Part shown: positions 12,053 to 25,340 of the stretch, piece after piece
How positions within the stretch are numbered: the stretch's first letter is position 1
Layout: each line of letters starts with the position of its first letter
Assembly: GCA_964187785.1 (NCBI GenBank)
Contig: OZ076409.1
Span: forward strand, 14,448,001-14,512,000
Direction: 5' to 3'
DNA: 64,000 bases
Source: Amphiscolops sp. MND2022
Taxonomy: Eukaryota
Notes under the pieces: model-generated
The model's database searches: none
What the model was told of the DNA's origin: nothing
The model's input: the letters and a program-made list of their open reading frames with translations, nothing else
Position numbers and translations under genes: made by a program

Positions 12053-15000
12053 ATTAAGAGCGAGCTTTCATCTTCAGTGTTCCAGTTTACTCGAACATGT
12101 ATTCTTAAGTGTTGCTGACAATTCGATACATACAACGATATTATAAGCGCATTTGTATATTGTTTACATGGTGGCATAAAAACCCATGAGCTAGATTTAA
12201 AAGAAAACTAATTATCAGACTCAAATGCGCTTTTTAACTCGGATGCATTTTTTCTACCGTTGAAAAAATTGTTTGCTTCTATCATCATATCTAAATGAAA
12301 TAAAACTTACATCATGATGAACGTAAATTCAATATTCATTGAAACCTGTTTTAAAGTCCAGTAACTACTTTCATAATGCAATATATCGTAGAAATATAGC
12401 GTAGCACAGGACGCGACTCTTTTGGGAGATTCACGAAACGGGGAGCATTTATATTCAATTTCAACAAAACGAAGAATACGAGTTATACACTTTTCGCACC
12501 CAGGTTTGTAAGTATATATTTCTGTGGAAAAACGTGGGACTGGTTTAACATGAATGAAAATGCACTTAGAATCAGGATTCTCGCACATTTTTTTCAGACA
12601 TTGTAAAAAAAGAAACCGTGACAGTGAACGGTTCAGGTGGTATGGATCATAGTCTATTAACTAACGTATTCAAACGTTTTACTATAAATAAAGTTACTGG
12701 CTGACTCCTGGCCATGAGTCTATCTCTTTCTTTTTTTTTGTAAGGAAAAGCTTGATGATTTTTACATGTTAAACGGACACTTCCTGTTATCATTATAGGG
12801 ATGAAGTTTTTGAAAGTCCTAAATGAGCTTGAGTCGTTAACCATTAAGCAAGATTGTGAGCAAGATTTATTTAGATCCTTATGAAAGATCTTCTTCCCAA
12901 TGTTTTGCTTGTGCAATCAAGATGTTTGCTGTATCTCATCGTTTTCTTTTTTTATCAGCGCTCGTTTTTTGTTTTTATCGGTTTTTATATAAAATGAAAA
13001 ATCGTTTTAGTGCTGTCCTTTTAAAAAATTTTTAAAAACAGTTTCTGTATAAAAGCTCTTCTTACCTTTCTTAATTGTTGACGCATTAAAAGCGTCTTGC
13101 AAGGGTGTACAAAAAACGTGGCAGTGCAGATGTATCTGAATGGTCCACTTTTTACAGGCCGTTATCTATTTTCTAGAGTGGCCAAAGGGTCCACCCTCAT
13201 GATTATCTAATATTTTTACTAGAATGACGAAACTGTGTCAAAGTAAAGGTTCTCCTTTTGTTTTAGTTCACATTTTGTATTCAAAAACCATTTTCATCCC
13301 AAATACCTCTTTGGATATTTACCAGCACTGTGAGATGTTTCAGAATTTCCACGAAACAGTCTTTTAAACTCTTTTTGAGCCTTAAGCAGGACACTGGTTT
13401 CAAATGTTCCCGACTTGTTGGTTTTTCCAAACATCTTTGGTTTTTGGCGTGCCGTATTTGCAACCATTGAATCTATGGGCTGTTGTATGTAACCCCCAAA
13501 CCAGCCCCCCACAACCAATTTTTTTATGATTCTAGAGCCAACAGATGAACCTAGAAAAACACCAGGAATTTTGTATGCCCCATCATGCACCTGTGGCTTT
13601 ATGTGCCCTTCTATCGAGGTCACGTTTTCTGATTTCTTGAAAGACCTCAAATAATTGGGAGTTTTGTCAACCGGAAAATTTTTATCACTTTGCATAATTA
13701 CAGTTTTTTGCTATTATCGTGTCAAGTGTTTTCATAAAACTTTGATTACCAGCTCCATGTTAATTTTCACGGAATTTTCTATCTTCAAAGCTTTCAAGGT
13801 GACAAGTTTGAAGTTGTTTTGCAAGATTGGCTGTGAAAGAAATTAAATTTTGTGCCCTCAAATCTTCAAATGCGTAAACTTACTGAAATTTTTTACAATG
13901 ACAACTTCTAAGCTAATCGCTTTTTGAAATTTGATTGAAATTTCTTTAATCATGGCTTGTTAAATTAACTTGAAAAGTTGTCTTCGACCTCAATTTTTTC
14001 AAGTTCATTGAGCTTTTTAAGCATTTTATTCCCATGGAAATTAGAAAAAAACGGAGCCCTGTTCAAATCCGTGATTTCTGTAAACAAAATACAAATTGAT
14101 GTTCTAGGAATAAATTCTGAGTGAATTGAAATATTGGGAAAGTATTTGACTCTTCAAAAATAATAGAGATCCTGTCATAAGGAATTAACGATGAATTTTG
14201 TCTGCGATTTTCCCCGCACTTCACATGTGGGTCTCTTTTGTACGTGAACAAAAGACAGTTTTTTTCCAGACAAAACAGCAAAAGGTTCTCTGCCGAGGCG
14301 TCGATCAAAATCGGAAAAAAGACGTGATTAATTTTCACATGTTTCATTGTACGACAGAAAAGCCGCCTTCAAAGATCTGTCTTGGTTTGTTTTTGAATGT
14401 GTGCAACATCAGACGGAAAAAGTATTGTCTCAACTAAGATAATTCCAAAAAAAAATCAGGTCAATGTAGTTGTCACTTCTGATGATTAGACGCCAAAGAA
14501 ATTCTTTGACAATGTTTTGGCTTGATTTGATGTACTATTCATGTAAATCAACATTTCTCATTGATCAAACATCAAGAACCTGATCAAAAACTGTCATTTT
14601 CATTAGTTTTGAAATCTTCACTTTTTGTTCACACATTTTTGTTCGGAAAATTCTTTCAGCAGTTACAGTTTGTATGAAGATCAAAAATAACTAGCTCTGA
14701 GATCAATTGAAGAACCCAAGGAAACAATTTCACGAATATTGGTTCTATAAAGTTTTCTGTACTCACCTATAGAATGTAACGGCAAGCGCTAAGCGTTTGT
14801 GACGTGACATTAGAGTGGAGGAACTGGTACCATGGATATGGTCCGGGACAACTCACCATGACAACAGTTCATTTTGTCCTCCTAGGGATAGCCGGTCCCG
14901 AGGAGGGCAACCGTCTTTAAGGACGGTCTCTGGCCTAATACCAGTCTGTAATTGCTAGGAATCACGAGCATTGCGCTGGAATTCGCAACCACCGCGTAGA

Positions 15001-15586
15001 TAGCTTGTAAAATTGGCAGGGTCGTAAATAACTGAATTTCTCTAATGGGAATCTGGGTAAATGCCAATTCGCAAACATGGAAATAGCCCTCGAGCATATT
15101 ATAAACTACACACAAAAAGCACATAAAGTACGATAACAGAGTCCAGTTTGGCGAAAGCTGCGGATAATGGGGCGGCATGTCACCAGCGCTCGAGCTGGGC
15201 ACAAGTACAGTCCTCAGGCCTTCATGATACTGGGTTTAGCACTGCAAAACGTGGATTTCTGCTGGCAAACACCGTGGTTTTGGCTTGTTTTTGTTTGTTT
15301 CACTGCCAATACTCGCGATCGTCTCGCTCTCTTTCGCGGGGTGGCTTCTTTTACCGTCTTTCAACACTTTTGCTGACAGATACTTCGCCAAAACCTTGCT
15401 CGGGTGCCACGTCAGTTTTGAACGAATTTTTCAAAAATGGAGTCAAAATTTCGTTGGCAACAGGATGCCGTTACGGAAACTGATGCAAATCAGTTTTTGA
15501 TAATCCGCTTTCTCATGTGTATGGGCCTTTGACAAACACAGTTACAAATCTTTTCACAATCTTCTGTTACTACGGCAATTTCTTGT

Positions 15587-16238
15587 TTTTAGTCGGCGCA
15601 TTTTAGTAGAAAATGTGCCCGACTATTACAGTGGGTAGTTGTTTTTAGACACGAAAGTTCCACTTTTCTTTCTGTGTCTTTTCTTTTTGTTCTTTGTTCA
15701 GTTCATTTCTTCAACAACTTGGCGAACCTAAGAAGCGCGTCCAAAACGAAAAAGAAATCAAAACAAACAGAACCTCGACAACACACTAACGATCTCCTCT
15801 AAGCCTCCCTCCCCCCCTCACTTTTTTCGGCACTATGCGACTTTTTTTTGAGACTTTTTGGATTGCACCAAAGGGTCCCCCCTTTATTTGTTTCGATATT
15901 TTAAAACACAATGGATGTCAGAAAATTCCAAAGGGTCCCTCCTTTTACATTTTTCGGCACTGTGACACTGTTCAAAAATCACATTTTATAATTTTTTTGG
16001 GCAATTTTTTTCAGTCCTTAAAGGGTCCCCGCTTCAATTTTTTTCATATTTTGCAACCAGCTGGAGTTTCACAAAGCCCAAAGGGTCCCCCCTTTTACAT
16101 TTTTCGACACTGTGACACTGTTCAATTCATTTTTTCCTATTTTGCCACCAGCTGGAGTTTCACAAAACCCAAAGAGTCCCCCTTTTACAATTTTGAGCCT
16201 TAGATATAGCGCCGACTTTGGCCGTTCTCGGCTTGTTT
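15587..16238 (+). mobile_element. Helentron/DINE-1-like family A copy (full length)
   Basis: AGTCGGCGCATTTTAGTAGAAAATGTGCCCGACT 5' hairpin; GCGCCGACT + GCCGTTCTCGGC hairpin + TTGTTTT at the 3' end; highly similar to 47871-48392. Confidence 0.8.
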
Positions 16239-17214
16239 TTCATTGTTGAGACAAGTATTACAGCGTTGGCAATCAATCACAGTCTACAGATGATCACCGA
16301 TGATCAACCCAAAACACACAGGTGGACCACCGAGGTGGCATCTGCAGCTTTTGTGGTAGAGACCGTTGGTCCACTGGAAGAAACATTGCTTGTTCCATGC
16401 TAAATATAGCAAAAACTGGTCGTTTAAGCGGGGGTCACCTTGGCGTTTTGAGAGTTTAAGGGGGCCCAATTTGGAAATTTTGAACCTAGTTGCATCTGCG
16501 GGGAAGTTTTCCAAGGTAATTATTGAATACAAGGGAGTTTTTTTACAAAACATGGAGAGTTCTTTATTGCCTCGATCATTTTATTTTCACATTTGATTTC
16601 CCTGAATGTTCAATTGCACGCTGAATATAACTACACCTTAAAATCTATAAAGTTTGTAAAAAGTTTGCTTTCAACTGGTGGTATAAACTGCTAAAGTTGC
16701 AGCTTCAAAAAAATGTTGCAGAATTCAAAAAAAGAACAAAAGTATATTAAAACTTGCCAGATTTCGTGACATCGAAATGTTCCTGTATGGAAGTTCCCGT
16801 CAGAGTTCTGTAGAAGCATGATAAATTTGCATGCCATCATGCAAAAACAAGGCGCCCGCTGAGCACCGGTAAGTTCCGCGCCCGAACTGTTTGAGTCGAA
16901 ACATTTTTAAGGGATCAAGCGTACTCACTACATTACGAAACTTGCCCGAAACGTTCTGAAAATGACACTTTTGGTTCAATGTTTCTGTTGGTTCAATTTA
17001 GGTACTTTTTCAACAAAAAATTCATCAAGAAAAAAAGATACATGTACGAACCTAACTTTTACAAAGTTTTTCAAGGACTCAAGGTTTTAAGAAACAAGAC
17101 AAATATCATAGAACCTTCCAAATTCTACAAGTTCGGCAATTTGATTTGCAAGACCATACATGCTTTGAGCCTCGGATTATTCGAAGAACTTATCACCCAT
17201 GTTGAGCACTCCCT

Positions 17215-18010
17215 ACGAATCTGTACAGATCTGCACAGATCCTGACAGATATTCCAGGATTGTTCGAAAATTGAATAGTCATAAATTCAGTTTTCGAAAA
17301 AAAATTAGTGGTTAAAAAGTGCTCTACGAAAAAACCACACCTCTTATTTGAAGTTTTAAAAAAAGTTTCTGTGCGAATCTGTACAGATCTGTACAGATCC
17401 TTGCTGATATTCCAGGATTTGTTAAAAAGTATCCATACCAATAAATTACTATAACATATTCCGAGTTTCCAGCAATTACTGAAACTATTCCAGCAAATTA
17501 TGTTTCCGAAATATTACAACCACAGCACTCTATCAACACCTCTACCAACCCAGAAGATTGTCACATGTCAAATTTCTTCCGTCAAAACGAAGTCAATATG
17601 GCAAACGAGCCTCTCAAAGTTGAAAAACCACTTCTGGAAAGTTCAAGTGAAGTGGATAAATTACAGTGTATAACCAACACCGAACATTCCCCAGACACCA
17701 AAATTACCGTGATGGGGACAAGATATCCTGCTCAAGAATTTTGAGTGATGGAGAGTTTCAACTGACTGAGCCTTGGTGAGCAAAAACATCTACTGAAGAA
17801 GCTAAAAAATGAAATGCATAGTTTCACTAGAAGGTCCGGAAAAAAATTTCCTGAGAAATCTGTACAGAAAATCTTTGAACATCTGTAAAGATCCTTGCAG
17901 ATCTGCAGTTGTCCTTACGTATACGTAAGGACAACGCTATAGCAGTGGCACGATCTTTACAGATCCTCAAGGAAAATTGGCTCACAGATCTTTACAGATT
18001 CTCAAGGAAA
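17215..18010. repeat. Degenerate element with repeated ATCTGTACAGATC motifs
   Basis: Motif clusters at about 17219, 17377, 17858, 17881 and 17952-18000. Confidence 0.45.
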
Positions 18011-18669
18011 GCTCAACATGGGCACTTGTTAGAAACTCAAAATTGCGTGAATTTCGTTGGAAACGTGCCATATCTACGAATGAGAAATCATCGCCAACGA
18101 GAAATGGCTGTTTTCAATAAAGTGAATTTGGGGGCCATCTCATTTCGTGCATACCCATATGATAATTTCCGGCCAGCGGTTGCATCGAAAGCTTAAGATA
18201 CCCTATGCGAAAGAAATGTGTTTGATGATTATTCAATGGAATTTATCATTCTCTAACTGTGAATAAATCACTGTTTCTCTCCTAACCACGTGAAATTATT
18301 TTTAGATTGGCGACTTCTCTGCTTTGAGCTCTAACACCATCCGCTCACTGGTCACTCTTAGCTCGATAACCTTAAAAAACGAGAGGAGATTACAAAGTGA
18401 TATTATTTCTACTCGAACGTTGGGAAATCAGTTGCATTAACACTTGAGCTGGGGGTTGGAGAACTGATTGAAACTGAAAATTCCACTGAGAAACATGCAT
18501 CAAGTTTTATGAAAAAAGTGGATAGCTTTTGATCGACATGCACTTTTTCCCGGTAATCAGATAACATTTTTTATTCCATGTTCCGCTGTAACTGAAAGCG
18601 AGGTCATTGAAGGCAGTTCCAAAGAATAGTACTTCATGGAAATTGCTGTGATAACATCTGAAGTTCATT

Positions 18670-19060
18670 TGTACGTAGAGGCGTAGGAGTAGTTAATTTC
18701 CCCATTACCGCGGGGTGGACGTCGAATAAGCAGTTCTGCTTTTCTAAGTCGGCGCCCTTTCGGATACTATCTCCCCATAGCAAGCTATGGTACCATATTT
18801 GCAGTTAAGTGGTCAAGCAATGGTGGGCTTGAAGCTGTGGTTTCAAAGTAACTTGCTCAAGGTCACAAAGGTCCGACTGTTCATCGTTGCTCTTTTTGTT
18901 TTGATTTTCTCCGCCAAATGCGTTATTTTTTTGTCATTGACCATATCACTGAGCTAGGGATAAAGGAATTTCTTAAGGACCAGCAATGGTGAGTTGAGAG
19001 AGATTCGAACCTGCTACCGCCCAGTACCGACCGAATGCTCTAACCACTACGCCATTGCAC
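18670..19060 (-). mobile_element. tRNA-derived SINE with a CORE/Nin-like segment
   Basis: Minus strand: TGGCGTAGTGG (A box), GGTTCGAATCT (B box), then TGTGACCTTGAGCAAGTTACTT (18867-18846), resembling the start of the MIR/CORE domain. 3' boundary approximate. Confidence 0.65.
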
Positions 19061-22000
19061 AAACAACCCCCCCACCCTGTAGAAAATGTTTACATGATGA
19101 AAAGACACGGCTATGACACATTATATTTCGTGGATTTCAACCTTGAACTTGGCCGGTAGCTGCAAAATATATTGGGTGGCATTTAAAAGAGCTTCTACCG
19201 AAATAAGCGGAGAAAGCGTCCTATGCATCCTATTTTTTATATATCTTCATGTAGCTTCTACAATAAATCAAATCAAATTTTAAAAAATTAGAAGGTACCA
19301 AATCCGCGGCTAGTTTCCAAGGAAATTCAACCCTGATAAAAGCTTATCACTGATTGTGGCGAATGCGAATTTTCCATCATTTTTTATTCATCGCGATATT
19401 TAGCGCAGAAGTATTGTGCGAAATCCAATCTTGAAAATTTTATGAAAGGGATGCTTACCACACTGGTTTTTATTGTTTCATGTACTTGCTGATGTTTGTA
19501 TATTCAATAATAGTTTAGGGAATGCCTATTTGCTTCAAACTTTTTTCCAATCCATTATTCAAGTTCTTTGTAATACGAGTTTTTTCCTACTGCTAGTTGT
19601 TTCTTATAATACCAATATACCAAGTTTTCAGGCGTTTGCCTGCGCTAGGTAATCATCGCGAGAGCACGAAAGCCGGTGGCTTTATTTTCATGTCCAGTTT
19701 TGGCAAAGTTTCGTTGCGAAGTTTAACATTTCGAAGTGATTAGTTTCAGAAAGAACAAGACCACCTGTTTTGGTTGTGCATTTTAAAAAAAAAGTTGGTC
19801 AAAAACTGAAAAGTTGCAATCAAAAATCATTGATGAATAGATATGACCTAAATCAGTTCCTCGACTTTATATTTAAGATCAATCATTAAAAAAACTCATT
19901 TTCTTACTTTTGACTACTTTTTGTGCTGATCAGTAGTTTATCGATAAACTACGGTTGGCACCCAAAAAACTCTTTTGCAAGACGGATACTGATATGCAAA
20001 TCTTACCATTATTCTTTGAAATTAAAAAATTCGGAACTTTTTCCTCCCCCCCCCCCCACACACACACACTTTTCAAGATGATGTTTTTGCATTTAATTAT
20101 ATCTCAATTGCGTTTCCAATGAAACAGTTCACTTTTAAATTTATTCTCAGGCTGATAGTTTAGGATTCAGATACAAACTTTGTTCACACTTTTTCCCTAT
20201 GTAGTTACGCATTTTTAATGAAGAAATCAACAGCTTCCTGTTTTGAGTCATCAATAAACACTCAATACGAACATAATTAGTCAAATTGTGTGAACAATTT
20301 TTTGTTCAAGCGGAAAACTACTCTAATAGTGTGGAGACAACAAAACAAAGGAAAAGACTTATTCGTAGAATAATTGAATTATATAGTCAAATATAATCCT
20401 TTATGTTGAGTTTGTTTTCTTTCAAAAGTGTGGCGGGGAAAAGAAAAAGAGTATAGTTTGAGACGAAACGTGTAGTTTTCTCAAAATGGAGAACTGTATT
20501 GTCGACATGATACGCAATGATAATACTTAATTTCAGCATTTTATAATCAAGCTTTTCTATTTCAGTGAATAGCAATTTTTTTTACTTCAATATGATTTTT
20601 GACTGCTTTGCCCGATATCATGCGTCGTAAGTTTTGTCACGTAAACACGTAACGAATGTTCTGTCAAGCAAGTAAAAATGGGCTGTTTTCTCCCGTATCG
20701 AAAAGTACCTTTCCGTGTAGTTCGATATCTTTTGAGGAGTCATCTTGAAGGACTTGATTTGGAACAAACGCCCCATTCTTCAAATTAGTCCTTCAGGGTT
20801 TTGAATGCTAGAAATTACACATGCAACTATTCGGAAAAAAATTATTTTACGTTTTATGGCGTTTCAACTGACCTAAATGTTCTTGAAAATGATGAACAGG
20901 AACAATTTTAATCGCAAAAGCATTTTCAAAAATTCTCAAATGAGTTCCATTGCTCTTAGACCGCTGTTGGGTGAATGGCGTATTTCCTGTATCCGGACAC
21001 ACGTCATCGCTTTGAAAACAAATCATATCTGGTATAGCTCTAGAATCTGACGATTAAAGAATTGAGATGACAATCAAATCGAAACTTGGCAAATAAACGT
21101 CAAACAAATCAATCATTAAAATTCGTTTTCGGACGATATTCCACGTGTGTGGTATAAAATTGACAGACTTTGGAGCAGTCCAGTGATCTAAACGGACTTC
21201 CGTCTTATTCCTTCCATAGTCTTACTTTTCCAACATCGGTTTCATTTCTCATTTCTGATATCATTTGAAAAAAAACTCAGGTACCTTTATTGTACAATTA
21301 CAGTATATTCAGTGCATTTTAAAGCTGACGATAACTCAATTGAAAATAAGTTTTAGTTTATTCGTTCAACTGTAATTTAGTCTTAGACCCTATGGTAAAC
21401 GCTTTTCTCTTGAGTCTAGGCAACTACGGTTGTGTTAGTTAACAACCTGTTAATCTATTCTCTCACTTAGTGAGGTTGAACAGTGATGGCGCCAAGCGCT
21501 CTGCCACAGTACATAAGAGCTAAATTTCGAAACGCATCACGTTTTCGATTCGCATCAATCATTGCTACGACCATCCAAGCAAAATTTAAGACTGAGACTG
21601 AGACTGAATGATACCAAGTAGTCAGAGGTCAACCCACACTGACCCCACATCCTTATCATACTATGACCTAATAGATCAAAATAGATTTCCCTCTCGAACT
21701 CTGTTTCCACAGGAATACAGCATAAATAGAATGATTCTAGAAGTATTGGATGTATCGTAAGTAAAGCTTTTCGAGCGGGAGTACAGAAAAGACTTTGATC
21801 TTTTCTTTGTTGCGTTGAAAGTTAATTTTTGCCCAACTCCGCGGGGTTCAGATTCCTCGGGCTTTTAGATTTTCGAACGAACCAGAGTTTGAAGTGATTC
21901 CTGAAAAACCTAGTTTTCAGTCATTTTGTAGCCTGGGGTCTGATCTGGGACAAAGATTTCTTCATTTCACCATAAATATGATCACACCAACGCCACATCA

Positions 22001-22744
22001 TGTTACATATCATGATCGTAGTATGAAAAACTACTTTCTAGGGAGAAGGCAAAAGTGTAGGTCACTTTTTTATATTTGAGTAATCAATTAGTAAATTTTT
22101 TGTGAGATACTCAGCCAAAACAGGGTTCGAAGAAATAACTTTGTTGAAGTGGAAAGCAGAATCTGACTGACGATTTCAAAAGTTCCATAATAAGTTGCAA
22201 GAGGCGCGGTGGCAGTACGATATTTTCAGTATGCTCTTAGAAAATACCTTTAGAAAAAATCCAAAGATGTTCGAAAAGGAAAAAGTTACGGGATATTCTC
22301 AAATGAAACAACTTCGTCAGATCTGAGAACAAGTTCGTGCATGTAGGGTTCCCATTTAACAATTTCTTTCTTCTTGACAAAACCTAAGTGGAAGAAACGT
22401 CAAACTTTTGGTGTCATAAAGGTTCTTTCTGATAGAAAAAATAAACAAAACAGCCCAGTCGGTGCAATGCTTAGGCTCAACAAACTATAAGGTCATTTCA
22501 AGTATGTTTGAGGAAAGTTTGAATGGAGAAAAACTGAAGGCAACGTTGAGGCTGAAGAAACACTTCTCAAAACTGAAAAAAAAGTCAAGTTTGAGGAAAA
22601 ATAAATTTTTTGAATGAAGAATATTTCCGGAAAATTATCCGACAAAAAGTCCTGCGGTGCCGAGAATTTCAAGGGAGGAATTTCCAAGATCGCAAAATCT
22701 TGGGGTTTTACAAAAAACAAACAAATGAAAGAACCCTTTGTTTA

Positions 22745-23293
22745 ACCTAGTTGAGACTGCTGGAACTTTTTACATGCTGCAGGCCTGCATGCAGGGTAAT
22801 TTTTTATAAAACCTAGAAAATTCAGTAAGGTTTCGGTGGTAAATCTTGTAGAAATACACTGCATTTCCATTACTGCAATTAAATTTGAAAATATTTCCCC
22901 CTTCTTTTACGGACACGATCACGTTGTATTCACACATTGATTTCTCAATTACTCATCTGATTTAATCACCGCGTCTCAAATAGGACGCTGAAGATGACGC
23001 TAGTTTGCTGTTTACATTGTGAATGAAGTTAATTTGCATTAAAATGGCGGCAAAATTGTTGAGGTCTCAGCTGCATTTAAAATTAGAACTGATGCATATT
23101 AAAACTTGCAGAGCTTCACAGCTTGAAATTGCCGCCAAAACTTTGATGATTCTTTAAAGCAGCTTGATAAATGTTGGTGACAACAGGGAAATATTAACGC
23201 AATAAAGTTTCCGTAAAATATTTAGATTATCATAACAAAAATTGCTGGCAACATTAAAGTACATGTAAAAAGTTCAAGCATGTTCAACAAGGG
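22745..23293 (+). mobile_element. ~549-bp CCCTAGTTGA MITE (copy 2)
   Basis: TA|ACCTAGTTGA...TCAACAAGGG|TA; colinear with 46263-46810. Confidence 0.85.
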
Positions 23294-23611
23294 TAACGGA
23301 TATTTTTTGCAAAGAAGCGCAAAAGTTCTGAAAACCTCAAAGGAAATTTCTTAAGACCTTATGGTCTTCTTTCTATCGTTGCAAGCATGAAAACCCTTGG
23401 TACTGCTGTGAAACTTTTTCTGTTGTGATCGACTTTTATCAACCTACTCAAAATCATCAAAAGTTGGGCATCAATTTCAAACCTTGAAGTTCGGCAGGTT
23501 TTATCATACATCAGTGTTTTTTGCATGAAAATTCCGGTTATTTTGAACACCTTCGAAGCTGCAAAATACAATCGTCTTCTTCAGCCAACTGTTTGCGAAA
23601 CGTTGATAACA

Positions 23612-23670
23612 ACAAATGGTAGTTGAGGAACAAATGGTAGCTGAGGAACAAATGATAGTTGAGGAACAAA
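23612..23670. repeat. 18-bp tandem repeat (CAAATGGTAGTTGAGGAA x3)
   Basis: Directly visible. Confidence 0.85.
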
Positions 23671-23944
23671 GCGGATTGCAAAAGCATCGGAAACCTGTTG
23701 TCGACTGATGCGAAGTTTGAGGAAACGCGACGGAAAAACCACGCTAACGTAGAATTTCACCCGAAACAACCTGAATCATAACCTGATTTGACTAGCGACT
23801 GCAATTCCGGTGGATAGGCCGTGTTCTCGAAGTACGAGGCGAATACCTCCAGCAGCTTGATTTCGGTGAACCGGAAGCACGTGAAGTAATCTGTTAAAAA
23901 AAGAAGCGAACAAGTTACTTATAGTTGCAGTCAGCTCCGTTTTC

Positions 23945-24650
23945 TGGCATAGTGACAACTCATATCAGGCGACAACTCATATCACGCGACAACTCATATC
24001 ACGCGACAACTCATATCACGCGACAACTCACATCAAATTGAAAAGTGGCAACTCATATCAAGCGACAACTCATATCAGGTTTGCCAATATGTTAAAAATA
24101 CTCACATTACGATACATATGCGGCAGTGAAATTTATCATCAAGTGTAAAGTGTATTTTCCGTAAAACGAGAGCGAATCGTATTTTAGTCAAACAGTGAAT
24201 CATGTTCATCGCGGATTGTGATGCACAATGTAATCACAAATTGCGAATTGTGATCATTTAGCGTAATTAGAGAAAAGTGGAAACCAGTAAAAACCAACTT
24301 AGTAAATTCAACCTCAAGTGCAATTTTTATTTTGCTGCAATTAGAAATTCCAACGTTTATTTGGAATTATTTCGCATTTTTTGTGCTCTGCTCAAAGGTA
24401 TGATAAGGAAGTGATTATGCATTACACTGAAATTCATTGTAGAAACTTTTTACTATTTTATAATTTCTAATAATTACTTATCAAATAACTAATTTTCCCT
24501 ATTTATCTAATGAAATTTTTATGAATTTTAATATGTAGATTTTATTTTTATGATTTGAGTTGTCGCTTTTTCAAATTGATATGAGTTGTGGCCTGATATG
24601 AGTTGTCGCTTGATATGAGTTGTCGCTTGATATGAGTTGTCGCCGTTTTC
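23945..24650. mobile_element. Foldback-type MITE with 17-bp subterminal tandem repeats (GCGACAACTCATATCA)
   Basis: About seven direct units at 23953-24078 and five inverted units at 24551-24643; an isolated end of the same family at about 5335-5362. Confidence 0.85.
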
Positions 24651-24987
24651 TAGACTACAAGCAAACACTTTTCATTCCCGAGCCGAATTTTTTCTTGAAA
24701 TGTCCCACCGGAAAAACGGGCCAATGATCTTACTGAAGTATTAAACCTGAGCAATTACAAATTCCTGAATTCCCGTGGATCCAGTGGTTTCTTCACCACA
24801 GACACCTACTCTTAAGATCACAACAATACTATGTAGAAATTAGTTTTTATTTGCTTTTCTTGAATTCTTTTGGGACTTGAACCCGAGTTTTTTTCAAGTT
24901 TTAACATGAGAACCAAGGTGATAGTAGAATTTTTTGAATTCCTTCCCGCCCATAGACAGTTACCGCCAACCCCCCATGTTGGAAAAT

Positions 24988-25340
24988 AACAAGACGCCCG
25001 CTATGCACCGGGATATTTTCCGCCTTCAATTGGCTAACTATAGACGCTTAATCGAAAAATTACTCCTCCTTGGTAAAACGCGATTACTTCGGATATAACG
25101 TCAAAATTCGGATATAGCGCAATAATTTCGAACCCTGCCTACTCCTGGGTAAAACGCAACTTACTTCGCAAATAGCGTGCTGGTAGAAATGGGAGTAAGT
25201 AATATGTGAGTAAGTACATGTGAGTAAGTACACGTGAGTAAGTAAATGGAGCAAGTATAAAATGGAGATTTGGCAGAATTCGGAAAAAAACGCAACACAG
25301 ATCATGATTTTCCTCCCCCATTTATGTGGGCGGAAAATAA
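24988..25340 (-). mobile_element. Helentron/DINE-1-like family B copy with internal 15-bp GTGAGTAAGTACA(T/C)-type repeats
   Basis: Both ends are reverse-complement homologues of 2681-3046; further isolated 3' hairpin ends near 6109, 16847, 26670 and 46015. Confidence 0.6.

Noticed and set aside
15150..15500. GC-richer stretch whose minus strand reads KKPPRERERDDREYWQ, vaguely like a PAR-bZIP basic region
   Set aside because: Several stops, no NxxAAxxSR core and no leucine zipper; too weak to call.
18985..19060. Functional tRNA gene
   Set aside because: A and B boxes are present but there is no good acceptor or anticodon stem; better explained as a SINE head. The same holds for 40348-40415.
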